Origin: an uncultured Gammaproteobacteria bacterium
Lineage (GTDB): Bacteria > Patescibacteriota > Microgenomatia > Levybacterales > GWA1-39-11
Direction of reading: 5' to 3'
NCBI GenBank assembly: GCA_964511305.1
Contig: CAZEEU010000003.1
Span: 13,410 to 77,409, forward strand
Length of the DNA stretch: 64,000 nt
Shown: one piece after another, positions 38,154 through 47,862 of the stretch
How the letters are laid out: each line of letters starts with the position of its first letter
How positions within the stretch are numbered: position 1 is the stretch's first letter
The notes under the pieces: model-generated
Told to the model about the DNA's origin: nothing
The model's input: only the letters and a program-made list of their open reading frames with translations
The model's database searches: none
Position numbers and translations under genes: made by a program

Positions 38154-38906
38154 TTAGCTTTGAAGACTTGCTCTAATAACTAACCTCTTCCAAGTTGTTC
38201 CTGGAGGCGTACAAGTAATCAATGTTATGTAGCTATTGTCAAAGCTTTGGGAAAAAATGTTTGGATCTTTAGGGTCAGTAATTCCAATAGAAAAGACTTT
38301 ATAAGTATAATCTTTACCATCAACAGTCAGAACGAAATCATCTCCCTCTTTTAATGTGTGAAGTTTTGCAAAAATTGCCATGTAATTTTTAGGGTCAAAC
38401 CACTGCGGAAGAGTCGAGTGTCCAAATATTACTGACGTTCCCTTTTCAATGGGACTTTTGGATGTAGTGAAGTACTGCACCAAATGCTTAGAAAGATCGA
38501 AGTCAATAGCCGAAACCTTTGCCTTATTAATTCCCTGGGAGGGAATTGAAAATTCATACTCATCGACTTTCTTTACTTCAATCTGAGTCTGGGCATGAAT
38601 AGCTTCCTGATTTGCCTGGTATGGGAACCAGTTTCTCGCGTCTTTATAGTTTGAAGTTACATTCTTAAATCCATGGCTTACTAGGCCACCGAGCGGACTT
38701 GACCCATTGAGAACGTACCTTTGAGGTATTGGAGACTGGATTTCGCTCCCTGCAAAGGCTGATGAAAGATAGAGGTGATATGAAATCAATGGAAAGAAAA
38801 AGTATAAAAGCGTCGCTAGCCCTAACCCAATAATGAAAAGGCCAAGAAATTTTTTCTTATTTTGACGAAAGGAAAATCCCCCTCTTCCATATGAATATCT
38901 ATGCAT
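38154..38906 (-). CDS. sortase-family transpeptidase
   Basis: N-terminal TM anchor; VIFGHSTLP (catalytic His); ITLITCTPPGTTWKRLVIRA (TLxTC catalytic Cys, conserved Arg). Confidence 0.75.
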   Translation of the reverse strand: MHRYSYGRGGFSFRQNKKKFLGLFIIGLGLATLLYFFFPLISYHLYLSSAFAGSEIQSPIPQRYVLNGSSPLGGLVSHGFKNVTSNYKDARNWFPYQANQEAIHAQTQIEVKKVDEYEFSIPSQGINKAKVSAIDFDLSKHLVQYFTTSKSPIEKGTSVIFGHSTLPQWFDPKNYMAIFAKLHTLKEGDDFVLTVDGKDYTYKVFSIGITDPKDPNIFSQSFDNSYITLITCTPPGTTWKRLVIRASLQS

Positions 38907-38908
38907 GG

Positions 38909-41161
38909 TTATTGAGTTTTAACTTCGATACTGATATTCCCGACATTGAGAGGCACAATTTGAGGCAGAAAGGGAATTGCATTTTCAAATTGAATTGATG
39001 CATCAGAAATACCTGGAGTTTGTTTCAGCTTATCAATTGCTTCTTTTGATCCCTTGCCTGTAACCATACTTGGTACTGAATTTTCATCAAAAGTCGGCTT
39101 AAAAATAGCGTTATACGAGAGCTTTGCTGAAAGATCTTTTCCATCCTGCTTTATATCAGATATCTTTATTGTACTTTCGCTATCGGAAAGCTTAAATTCT
39201 TGAGGAATATCGAATTCATCAGATGAAGAAATAAATTTCAAGAGCTCTTCTTTGTTGTATACACCAAGAGTATAGACAATCGAGGCCACAAGCTTAAGAG
39301 TCTTTGCCGTATCATTTTCTTTCCTATCAAATTTTTTCTCTTTAAAATCAAAAGATAGATACATCGGAACCATAGCATCCTTATCTGATAACGATCCTTC
39401 AGCTTCTCCCTTTGCTTTATCGAAAAGCCTACTTGTGACAGAAGACTCAAGGCTTTGAAGATCTTTCTTTGCAACTACTTGAATCTCCTCTTTTGTACCA
39501 CCTGAAAACGCAGAGTCATTTCTCCCAAAAACATCAGATGTGGCAAGACCTTTTATGGTGAAGTTTGTTTGAGATGGAAGGTTATATTCCTTGCCAAAAC
39601 TTGATGCAGCAACTTTTGCTTGCGCGCTTTGAAATGAAGTGGCAAAGGAACTTGTTGAAGCAATACTCACTGAATCATTGAGAGTAAATTCAAGATTATT
39701 TGACGAAGTGATTGTCGTGCCCTTTTCTATCTGCTTGGGGCTTTCAGTCTTGTTAAAAATTGTAACTGTTCCTGCTGCCTTCTGCCCTGTATCCTTCTTA
39801 CCCGTCGTCTCCTGAGACTGCTCCCCGCTTACTTCTTGCTCAATTGTCGATATCTTAAGAACTTTATCTTCAAAAGAAGAGTCTCCACTTGTACTAAGCG
39901 TTATGTCCATCTGATCCTGCGCAAATTCCTTCTGGTCTGTAAATACAACAACTTTTGCCTTAACAATCACCGAATAGTAGATTACAAGAAAAACAATCAC
40001 AACAACTAACGCAACAAGAGGCACAACAAACTGCTTCCCACTCCCAATCATTTTTGGAATTCTTGATAAAGATTTCGGAGTAAAAAATGATGCCAAGGAC
40101 TCTTTTATCCCTTTTTTCTCAGAATATATCTCGTCTTCCCCTGGTTGATCCTCTTCATACTCACTTTCAGCAATTTCAACTTGCTCAACTCCATGATGCT
40201 TTATAACTGCATGAGGCACTTGGGGCTCTTCACTGAATTCAAAACCTTCTTTTTCTGGAGTTGTTGCAGGAACATCTTGAACCAGAGCGAGGGAGGCAAT
40301 AAGCGCAATATCTTCGTCTTTTAAAAATCCAAATGAATCCCCATCACTCTTCTCGTCAACAAATTCCTCTTCAACATCCTCTTCTTTTGAAGGAATGACC
40401 ATCTCACCGCTTACCGTTACATTTAATTGAGATGCAACGCCAGTAATAATTGCTTGATTCTCAAAACCTTTCTCAAGAATCGCAACTTGGGGCAAGTGCA
40501 TAAATGGGAGCTCTTTCGTCCAGTGATGAGATAAGAATTTCTGCGATACTGCCTCTGCTTCTTTATTGTGTAGTAAAATTATTTTTGGAGGTAGAACATC
40601 AAGCTTCGTCACCTGAGAAAGCAACTTCTCAACAGTTGCTTCAACTCCATCTTCTATAACCCCATGTTTTACATCGATAATATTTCCACCTCTAACAATA
40701 AAAATAGTAAGATATCTATCTGAAAGCTCAACAAAAATTCCGCTGATTGGTGCACCTTCTTTTTTTTGTAAAGCGGCAGTTATTGCCTCAATGGAGACTA
40801 TAAAGCCCATTGGAGTAAGTGCTAACTCTTGGCTAATTTTTTTAAGTTGTGTTAGTCTTTCAGATTTAATTTTCCCTTCTTCTACCCACGAGTAAGGTAC
40901 TGCAAATATTGTCTTTTCCAAGCTTGCCCCCTCAGGAAGACTCATTTCAATGCGCGAGATTACAGTATCGCAAACAACAATAAGATCTTCCGCAGATGCT
41001 CTTTCAAGATCTATCGGAGCTTCATGTGAGGCAAGAATTACGAGAGTCTTTTCTTGTTCTTTAAAAAGAATAGAAGAAATCTTATCTGACTCGAAAATCA
41101 GAGCAAGAAAAAACTCAGTATTAACAGTCTTAGTTAGGAATGGTATGGCAGGAAACTTCAT
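38909..41161 (-). CDS. large bitopic membrane protein: ~380-aa cytoplasmic N-domain, acidic linker, single TM (VVPLVALVVVIVFLVIYYSVIV), ~350-aa extracellular S/T-rich C-domain; hypothetical
   Basis: 750-aa ORF translationally coupled to the sortase gene (2-bp gap); no LPXTG motif found. Confidence 0.5.
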   Translation of the reverse strand: MKFPAIPFLTKTVNTEFFLALIFESDKISSILFKEQEKTLVILASHEAPIDLERASAEDLIVVCDTVISRIEMSLPEGASLEKTIFAVPYSWVEEGKIKSERLTQLKKISQELALTPMGFIVSIEAITAALQKKEGAPISGIFVELSDRYLTIFIVRGGNIIDVKHGVIEDGVEATVEKLLSQVTKLDVLPPKIILLHNKEAEAVSQKFLSHHWTKELPFMHLPQVAILEKGFENQAIITGVASQLNVTVSGEMVIPSKEEDVEEEFVDEKSDGDSFGFLKDEDIALIASLALVQDVPATTPEKEGFEFSEEPQVPHAVIKHHGVEQVEIAESEYEEDQPGEDEIYSEKKGIKESLASFFTPKSLSRIPKMIGSGKQFVVPLVALVVVIVFLVIYYSVIVKAKVVVFTDQKEFAQDQMDITLSTSGDSSFEDKVLKISTIEQEVSGEQSQETTGKKDTGQKAAGTVTIFNKTESPKQIEKGTTITSSNNLEFTLNDSVSIASTSSFATSFQSAQAKVAASSFGKEYNLPSQTNFTIKGLATSDVFGRNDSAFSGGTKEEIQVVAKKDLQSLESSVTSRLFDKAKGEAEGSLSDKDAMVPMYLSFDFKEKKFDRKENDTAKTLKLVASIVYTLGVYNKEELLKFISSSDEFDIPQEFKLSDSESTIKISDIKQDGKDLSAKLSYNAIFKPTFDENSVPSMVTGKGSKEAIDKLKQTPGISDASIQFENAIPFLPQIVPLNVGNISIEVKTQ

Positions 41162-43003
41162 TTAACTCACTTTTACATAAAGGCGCCTTACCCCTTGGGA
41201 AACGCCTTCTTCTTTAAGTATATCAAATGATTGAATCAACCCAGTATGTTCAACGTGAGGACCTCCACAGAATTCAATTGAATACGATTCGTCCCTTTTG
41301 GTGTTAGGATTTGGACCACCTACAAAATAGATTTTTACGTCTTTTGCATACTTATCATTAAATAATCCAATTGCCCCTAGTTCACGGGCCCTTTGAATCG
41401 GCATGATTTCAAAATGTACAGGCAAATCTTCTTTAATTTTTGAAAGCACAATCTCTCTCATTTTTGATAGCTCCTCCTCAGTTACCTTGCGATCGAAAGT
41501 AAAATCAAAACGTACCCGCTCTGGAGTAATATTGCTACCGGTCTGATGTAGAGAATTCCCCAATACGTCTCTTAATGCCTGATGCATAAGATGAGTTGCG
41601 GTATGTCCTTTAACCGTTAATTCTGAGTGATCTGCGAGTCCTCCGGCAAATTTTTGAGACGCACCCTTTCTGGACAATTCTTGATGTGCTTTTATCTTAT
41701 CTGCAAGCTCTTGCTTGTCAAAAGTGTAACCTAGACTTTCAAGTTGAGTTGGACCAAGCCCAAAGGATGTTATTGCACGAAATGCGGTGTCTGCAGAAAT
41801 CATTGTCACACCCATTAGCTCATCTCCAACTGTTACCTCTTCAGATTTTTTTGCTATTTCGCGCTCGATCATTTTCCGTCCTCCGGAAAGGGCTTTTTGA
41901 TACATTTGTTCTTCCTCAAGAATTGAACCTTTTATCATTTCGAATTTTTCCACAAGAATTGGGTCTGTTCCCTTGTATGCATCTACAATTGCTTCTAAAA
42001 TAGGTGAAATATCATTTCCCGAAAGAAGATAAAAATTATCCAAACCACGACGGATTAACCGTCTTAAAATATATCCTTGTTCTTTATTGGAAGGCTTTAC
42101 TCCATTTGACAAAATGAAAATTGAACCCAAGAAATGATCAAGAATAATTCGCATCTCTCGGGCATTTTCCTTATATTTCTTTTCTGTAGCTTTAGCTATA
42201 GCCTCAATAATTGGATAAAATAGGCTTGTTTCAAAAACATCCTGCTTATTCTCGGTGGCAGCCACAAGCCTCTCAAGGCCTCCTCCGAAATCCACATTTT
42301 GTTTTGGAAGCTTTTCAAATCCTTTTTCCGTTCTGATGTACTGCATAAAAACTGAATTGCCAATTTCTAAATATCTTCCGCAGTCACAATTTACATGACA
42401 CTCTTCTCCAAATGCCTTATCATGTGGTGTCTTAAAATCAAAAAAGACCTCTGTGTCAGGACCCCCTGGCTCGCCAATTGGCATTTTGTCTGGAGGTCCA
42501 GACCTGCTCCACCAATTCTTCTTTACGTCATATTCAAAAATTTTGCCTTCCGGATCAATTCCTTTCTTTTCAAATAACCCTTTCCAAATTTCTTTGCTTT
42601 CACTATCTTTGTCGATAGTAGAGTCTCCTGCAAAAACAGTAACATAAAGGTCTTTTGGGTCGAGCTTTAACTCTTCTGTTAAGAATTCGAAAAGCCATGG
42701 GATTTGCTCATCTTTAAAATAATCTCCAAGTGACCAATTACCAAGCATTCTAAAAAATGTTGTATGTCTATTGTCCCCAATTTCATCTATGTCCTGGGCA
42801 CGAAAACTATTCTGAGCATTGACCAATCTTGTCCCTGACGGATGTGGCTCTCCAAGAAGAAATGGCACAAGTGGCTGCATTCCTGAAGAGGTAAATAATG
42901 TGGTCGGATCATTCAATGGTACGAGTGAAGAATTCTCAATTCGTATATGTCCACGCTTTTCAAAAAAAGAGATGTATTTATTAAGAATTTCTGAAGCTGT
43001 CAT
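41162..43003 (-). CDS. alaS: alanine--tRNA ligase, short form (catalytic, tRNA-recognition and editing HxxxH domains; no C-Ala domain)
   Basis: N-terminus MTASEILNKYISFFEKRGHIRIENSSLVPLNDPTTLFTSSGMQP...FRMLGNWSLGDYFK; editing motif HTATHLMHQAL. Confidence 0.85.
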   Translation of the reverse strand: MTASEILNKYISFFEKRGHIRIENSSLVPLNDPTTLFTSSGMQPLVPFLLGEPHPSGTRLVNAQNSFRAQDIDEIGDNRHTTFFRMLGNWSLGDYFKDEQIPWLFEFLTEELKLDPKDLYVTVFAGDSTIDKDSESKEIWKGLFEKKGIDPEGKIFEYDVKKNWWSRSGPPDKMPIGEPGGPDTEVFFDFKTPHDKAFGEECHVNCDCGRYLEIGNSVFMQYIRTEKGFEKLPKQNVDFGGGLERLVAATENKQDVFETSLFYPIIEAIAKATEKKYKENAREMRIILDHFLGSIFILSNGVKPSNKEQGYILRRLIRRGLDNFYLLSGNDISPILEAIVDAYKGTDPILVEKFEMIKGSILEEEQMYQKALSGGRKMIEREIAKKSEEVTVGDELMGVTMISADTAFRAITSFGLGPTQLESLGYTFDKQELADKIKAHQELSRKGASQKFAGGLADHSELTVKGHTATHLMHQALRDVLGNSLHQTGSNITPERVRFDFTFDRKVTEEELSKMREIVLSKIKEDLPVHFEIMPIQRARELGAIGLFNDKYAKDVKIYFVGGPNPNTKRDESYSIEFCGGPHVEHTGLIQSFDILKEEGVSQGVRRLYVKVS

Positions 43004-43049
43004 GTAGTAGGTATTGTAGCAGACTGAGGCAAAAAACTCGAGATGAGTG

Positions 43050-43664
43050 CTATATAAATTCTCTAAGAGGGCATTCTGCGTGCTTGCAAGAAGCTTTGCA
43101 ATACACTCTTCCGTAATAAATCATACCCAGTCCAAATTCGCGCCAATCTTTTTGAGGGACTATTGCCATAAGGTCCTTTTCAATTTTGACGGGATCTTTT
43201 TGACTACTAAGGCCAAATAAATTTGAAAGTCTTCGGACATGAGTGTCGACGACAATACCTTCTGATTTTCCAAATGCCTCCTGAAGGATTACATTGGCTG
43301 TTTTGCGCCCTATAAATGGAAGTGCTATCAATTCCTCCATTGTCTCAGGCAATTTTCCTTTATATTTTTCAGTTACTATTCCTGCTGCCTCCAGGATTGC
43401 TTTCGCTTTCCCTTTGTGGAAATTTATAGATTTTATATCCTGATCAAACTCCTCAAAAGTCACTTTTACATAATCATCTAACTTTTTATATTTTTTAAAA
43501 AGAGTCTCCGTCACTTTATTTACACCTACGTCAGTCTGTTGAGCAGAGAGAGCGACCGCTACATATAATTCCCAAGGATTAGAGTGATTGAGTGGCGTTT
43601 TGGGATTTGGGAATAATTTTTTAAGATTTGTAATTATTCCCTCGATTTTTTTGCTTGTATCCAT
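43050..43664 (-). CDS. nth: endonuclease III (HhH-GPD with [4Fe-4S] loop)
   Basis: HhH LPFIGRKTANVIL; catalytic K/D; C-terminal CKASCKHAECPL cluster. Confidence 0.85.
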   Translation of the reverse strand: MDTSKKIEGIITNLKKLFPNPKTPLNHSNPWELYVAVALSAQQTDVGVNKVTETLFKKYKKLDDYVKVTFEEFDQDIKSINFHKGKAKAILEAAGIVTEKYKGKLPETMEELIALPFIGRKTANVILQEAFGKSEGIVVDTHVRRLSNLFGLSSQKDPVKIEKDLMAIVPQKDWREFGLGMIYYGRVYCKASCKHAECPLREFI

Positions 43665-43680
43665 AACTTAATACTTAATT

Positions 43681-44619
43681 CTAACTATCAATTATATCTG
43701 ACAATACTCTCGCTAGTTTTTCTGAGTCGTGTCTTAAGAATTGTCCATCTCGCAGAAGGTCAGCTCGAACAACATTTTCCTCCCCAAGATTGTCTTCAAC
43801 AAATTCTACATTCTCCTCTTCATATCTTTTAACGATATCTCCAGTTGGTCGATCCGTATTGACCGTTACAACGTCAATTCTTCCTTTTCCAATATGTTCT
43901 TCCATTCTTGCTACGAAATCTAGTGCTTTATATCCGGTTGTTTCTCCAAATTTAGTCATGATATTTACGTTATAGATGACTTTTGCTTTTGAATTTTTAA
44001 TAGCATCTGAAATTCCTGATACGACCAAATTTGGCAAAATGCTTGTGAATACGTCTCCAGGACCTAGGATAATTACATCGGCTTTTTCTATTGCCAAGAT
44101 CGCTTCAGGATTTGCTGTGGCTTCAGGCTCTAAATGCACTTCGCCTATTTTGACCGTCCCATCATGTTTTGGGATATCAATATTTGTCTCACCTTCAATC
44201 TTCGTACCGTTAGTTAAAGTTGCTATAAGCCTAGTTCTGGTAAAAGTTACTGGCAGAACTTGTCCCTTAATATTTAAAATTTCGCCTGCCTCTTTAACAC
44301 CGCTTCCAAAGTCTCCAGTAATTTTCTCAAGTGCCGTAAGTAGGAGATTTCCCAGACTATGTCCTTTCAAAGAAGATTCTTCATCAAAACGAAAGCTAAA
44401 AAGTTCTGACAAAATTTTTCTATTTGAGTCTGAAAGTGCTATGAGAGCACGCCTAATGTCTCCAGGGGGTAGTGTTCCAAATTCTTCTCGAAGAACTCCC
44501 GTAGAGCCTCCGTCATCAGACATACTAACTATTGCCGAAAGAGCGTAAGGGTATTCCCGAAGACCTGATAGAACTGTATAGCCTCCAGTTCCTCCACCAA
44601 TAAAAACTACTCTTTTCAT
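43681..44619 (-). CDS. YvcK / CofD-like family protein (UPF0052, gluconeogenesis factor-like)
   Basis: MKRVVFIGGGTGGYTVLSGL...MSDDGGSTG signature of the YvcK/CofD family. Confidence 0.8.
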   Translation of the reverse strand: MKRVVFIGGGTGGYTVLSGLREYPYALSAIVSMSDDGGSTGVLREEFGTLPPGDIRRALIALSDSNRKILSELFSFRFDEESSLKGHSLGNLLLTALEKITGDFGSGVKEAGEILNIKGQVLPVTFTRTRLIATLTNGTKIEGETNIDIPKHDGTVKIGEVHLEPEATANPEAILAIEKADVIILGPGDVFTSILPNLVVSGISDAIKNSKAKVIYNVNIMTKFGETTGYKALDFVARMEEHIGKGRIDVVTVNTDRPTGDIVKRYEEENVEFVEDNLGEENVVRADLLRDGQFLRHDSEKLARVLSDIIDS

Positions 44620-44682
44620 ATGTGTCGTTTTTTACTTCGTATAAAAACTACTCTTTTCATATGTGTCGTTTTTTACTTCGTA
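44601..44682. repeat. perfect 41-bp tandem duplication (2 copies) spanning the start codon, first 6 codons and 22 nt of 5' leader of the yvcK-like gene
   Basis: taaaaactactcttttcatatgtgtcgttttttacttcgta occurs at 44601-44641 and again at 44642-44682 with no mismatch. Confidence 0.85.
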
Positions 44683-44730
44683 GTTTTTTGCTACGCATGG
44701 ATCCTACATTCTTCATATTTTTCTTTGGGA

Positions 44731-45402
44731 TCATCTGCTCAAAAGCTTTATGTAGCCGCCTTTATATTTGGGGTGTTCTTTTTTATAATCATCACCATGT
44801 CCAATATCCTCAACTATAGGAATACCACGACTACAAAGCCCACTCTTTACACATTCGTCAGGAAACCATGTTTCATAAAAAATATCAGCCAGTTTTACAA
44901 ACTTTTTGACATTCATTGCTTCAGCACTTACTCCTTTATTCGCAGCAACTGATCCTACCCCAACTATTTTTCCACCTGCATTATTTACTGTTTCAATTGT
45001 TGCTTTGATTGAAGACATTTGATTAATAATATCTTCCAGTATCAATACTCTTTTGCCTTTTACTGCCTCAGTAAAACCTTGCCTTTCAAAAGCAAAAGTT
45101 TTAACTTCGACTCCCTTTACTTTGTCAGCCCACACCCCTAGAACTTCTTTCTTATTCATCTTTGATAAATGGTATGCACCCCAATGTGAGAAGGGGATAG
45201 CCCCAATTGCAGGAGAAACAACAACTTCAATTTTGTCCTCTTTAAAAGGATTAACTAGTTGTTTTATTAATTTGTTAACCAACAGAACATGAACCATGAG
45301 GGGGTCGATGTTGCAATATCCAGCAAGATGTTTCCCGCTCGTACCAACGAAGTGGCCTTCGTAAATGCATCCAATTTTTTCTAATTCTCTTTTTGCATTC
45401 AT
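44731..45402 (-). CDS. pyrE: orotate phosphoribosyltransferase-like (type I PRTase)
   Basis: PRPP-binding loop RVLILEDIINQMSS; adjacent to pyrF. Confidence 0.65.
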   Translation of the reverse strand: MNAKRELEKIGCIYEGHFVGTSGKHLAGYCNIDPLMVHVLLVNKLIKQLVNPFKEDKIEVVVSPAIGAIPFSHWGAYHLSKMNKKEVLGVWADKVKGVEVKTFAFERQGFTEAVKGKRVLILEDIINQMSSIKATIETVNNAGGKIVGVGSVAANKGVSAEAMNVKKFVKLADIFYETWFPDECVKSGLCSRGIPIVEDIGHGDDYKKEHPKYKGGYIKLLSR

Positions 45403-45416
45403 CAGAACAGATTATA

Positions 45417-46223
45417 TCACCTTCCTAATACTGTACAAATTTGGTCATGAAGTTTTTGAGTCTCAAACCTTGCTGCATCTGCAAAATCAGATCCACTTGA
45501 AGCAAAAATGATACCTCTCGATGAGCTGATTATGAAGTTTTTTTTCACAGCTTTGACAGTCTCGACAATATCTCCGCCTTGAGCACCGACACCAGGGATT
45601 AATATAGGTATTTCAGCCGATATATTTCTCACTTTCCGAAGCTCTCGGGGATAAGTTGCACCGACAACTAGCCCGACGTTGTCTTTCATATTCCAATGAT
45701 TAGCTACCTGAAATGCTACTTTTTCGTACAGTAAAATGTTGCTTGTCTCTAAGTCCTGAAATTCTCCTGCTCCCGGATTTGAAGTTCTACACAATACAAA
45801 AACGCCTTTTTCGGCATCATTGATAAATGGCTCCAAAGCCTCTTGCCCAAGATAAGGATGAACAGTTATGCAATCCGTCTTGAGATATTCAAAAGCAAAT
45901 TTTTTGTAACCTTCATTCGTATTCCCTATATCTGCTCTTTTCGCATCAAAAATAATAGTAATATCTGGATAATTTTCTGCTATGTATGATGTTGTCTTGA
46001 AAAGTTGCTCAACACCCTTCGCCCCTTCTGCTTCATAGAATGCAGAGTTCGGCTTATATGCGGCAACCAAATCGTAGGTCAGATCAATTATCGCTTTGTT
46101 GAATTTAAAAATCCTATCATCACCGCTAATAGACCCTGGTATCTTTTCAACTACAGGATCGAGACCAACACATACGTATTTTCCCTCTTTCCATTTACCC
46201 TTTAACTTTTCAAGAAATTTCAT
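45417..46223 (-). CDS. pyrF: orotidine-5'-phosphate decarboxylase, type 2
   Basis: KYVCVGLDP motif and ~270-aa length typical of type-2 OMPDC. Confidence 0.8.
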   Translation of the reverse strand: MKFLEKLKGKWKEGKYVCVGLDPVVEKIPGSISGDDRIFKFNKAIIDLTYDLVAAYKPNSAFYEAEGAKGVEQLFKTTSYIAENYPDITIIFDAKRADIGNTNEGYKKFAFEYLKTDCITVHPYLGQEALEPFINDAEKGVFVLCRTSNPGAGEFQDLETSNILLYEKVAFQVANHWNMKDNVGLVVGATYPRELRKVRNISAEIPILIPGVGAQGGDIVETVKAVKKNFIISSSRGIIFASSGSDFADAARFETQKLHDQICTVLGR

Positions 46224-46279
46224 ATGAATACAAAAAAAACTGCCAATGGCAGCTTTAACATATATATACCATATCTTTA

Positions 46280-46585
46280 TTAGCTTTTCCTAATTCCCTT
46301 AAATAATCTTCTTCGACGAGATAATAAATCTTCTTTTTCTTGGGTTGGTTTTGCGGCTGAAGATCCTTTTGCAGCTTCCATCTCGCCACTCATAACTTCT
46401 TCCTCTTCGTCATTTAATATTGTTTCGATATCATCAAGGTTGATTGTGTTGCCCACATAATCAAGACCATAGTCAGCTATATCTTTAAGAATTTTGCGTC
46501 CCTTTTTAGTACTAATAAGCGCACCTATAGCGCCTCCAATTATAAGCCCCAACAACAATCCGCTTGGCCCTTTTTTCTCATTCAT
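46280..46585 (-). CDS. YtxH-like small membrane-associated protein
   Basis: N-terminal G-rich helix LLLGLIIGGAIGAL followed by an acidic tail. Confidence 0.45.
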   Translation of the reverse strand: MNEKKGPSGLLLGLIIGGAIGALISTKKGRKILKDIADYGLDYVGNTINLDDIETILNDEEEEVMSGEMEAAKGSSAAKPTQEKEDLLSRRRRLFKGIRKS

Positions 46586-46586
46586 A

Positions 46587-46850
46587 TTATTCCTTTTTCC
46601 TCCTGAACAAAGATATTACGCTTGCCAAAGAACCGATTGCAGATGCACCACCAAACATATTTGAGAAAGATTCAATTTGGTTAGTAACATTTGAAGAAAT
46701 ATTCTCGGCATTCTCTAGGATGTTATTGGTACGACGTATTGTTTGGCGAAGATCTTTGAGAATATAAAAAACCTGAATACCTAATACAACAAAAAGAATT
46801 GTTAGAAGAACAATAACAAAAAGAAGTACAGCTTGGACAGTATCTATCAT
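46587..46850 (-). CDS. DUF948-family membrane protein
   Basis: Single N-terminal TM followed by a coiled-coil region, pattern of DUF948/YtxG-like proteins. Confidence 0.5.
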   Translation of the reverse strand: MIDTVQAVLLFVIVLLTILFVVLGIQVFYILKDLRQTIRRTNNILENAENISSNVTNQIESFSNMFGGASAIGSLASVISLFRRKKE

Positions 46851-46955
46851 AATTAACAGTCTAACACGTTATCATGTGAAAATTTCAAAATCAATATATA
46901 ACAACTAGTTCAAATCAGTACAAATATAGGTCAACTTCTTGCTATACTTAATGTC

Positions 46956-47861
46956 ATGCAATCTTTGGTTGTTGAAAATCTCACAAAAATGTATGGCAAT
47001 TTTAAAGCCGTTGACTCAATTTCTTTTGACCTTGAAGAGGGTGAAATATTGGGATTTTTGGGCCCAAATGGAGCAGGTAAAACAACTACACTTCAGATGC
47101 TTATTGGCTCCCTTAAACCTACTGACGGAAATATTAAGTATTTTAATAAGTCACTTTTTACACATCGCGAAGAAATCCTTAGTAAAATTAATTACTCAAC
47201 GGCATACACAAGTCTTCCCTGGAACTTATCAGTTGAAGAAAATCTAACATTCCTTTCCTATTTATATTCTGTAAATAATAGAAAAAAACAACTTGAAAAG
47301 ATTGTGGAGACCTTTAAGTTGTCTACACTTATGAAAAGACGGGTTGAGGGTCTTTCTGCAGGACAAAAAACTAGAGTAAATCTTGCAAAATCATTCCTAA
47401 ATTCCCCTAAAGTTCTATTACTGGATGAGCCTACAGCGTCTCTAGATCCTGATATTGCAAAATACATACGGGATTTTATTTTAGAACAAAGAAAAGAAGA
47501 AAAGATCTCCGTAATTTTCACTTCTCATAACATGAAAGAGGTTGAGCAGATATGCGACAGGGTTATTTTTATCAATGGAGGCAAAATAATAGCAAATGAC
47601 ACACCAATTCAATTGGCGCGAAAAATTGATGCTGTAGAAATTGAATTGTTACCGCTGAGTCTATCTGCAATTTCCGAATTCTGTAAAAAGAACAATATCA
47701 CTTTTACAAATGAGAAAAGGTATATAAAAATTTCGACAATCGAAAAAGAAGTCGTTAGAATTCTTCGCAAGCTTTCTGAGGACAATATCGAATATAACGA
47801 GATAAGCATTAACAAACCAACTCTTGAAGACTATTTCCTGAAAGTATCACTTAATAAATAA
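46956..47861 (+). CDS. ABC transporter ATP-binding protein
   Basis: Walker A GPNGAGKTT, signature LSAGQKTRV, Walker B LLLDEPT. Confidence 0.9.
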   Translation: MQSLVVENLTKMYGNFKAVDSISFDLEEGEILGFLGPNGAGKTTTLQMLIGSLKPTDGNIKYFNKSLFTHREEILSKINYSTAYTSLPWNLSVEENLTFLSYLYSVNNRKKQLEKIVETFKLSTLMKRRVEGLSAGQKTRVNLAKSFLNSPKVLLLDEPTASLDPDIAKYIRDFILEQRKEEKISVIFTSHNMKEVEQICDRVIFINGGKIIANDTPIQLARKIDAVEIELLPLSLSAISEFCKKNNITFTNEKRYIKISTIEKEVVRILRKLSEDNIEYNEISINKPTLEDYFLKVSLNK

Positions 47862-47862
47862 T

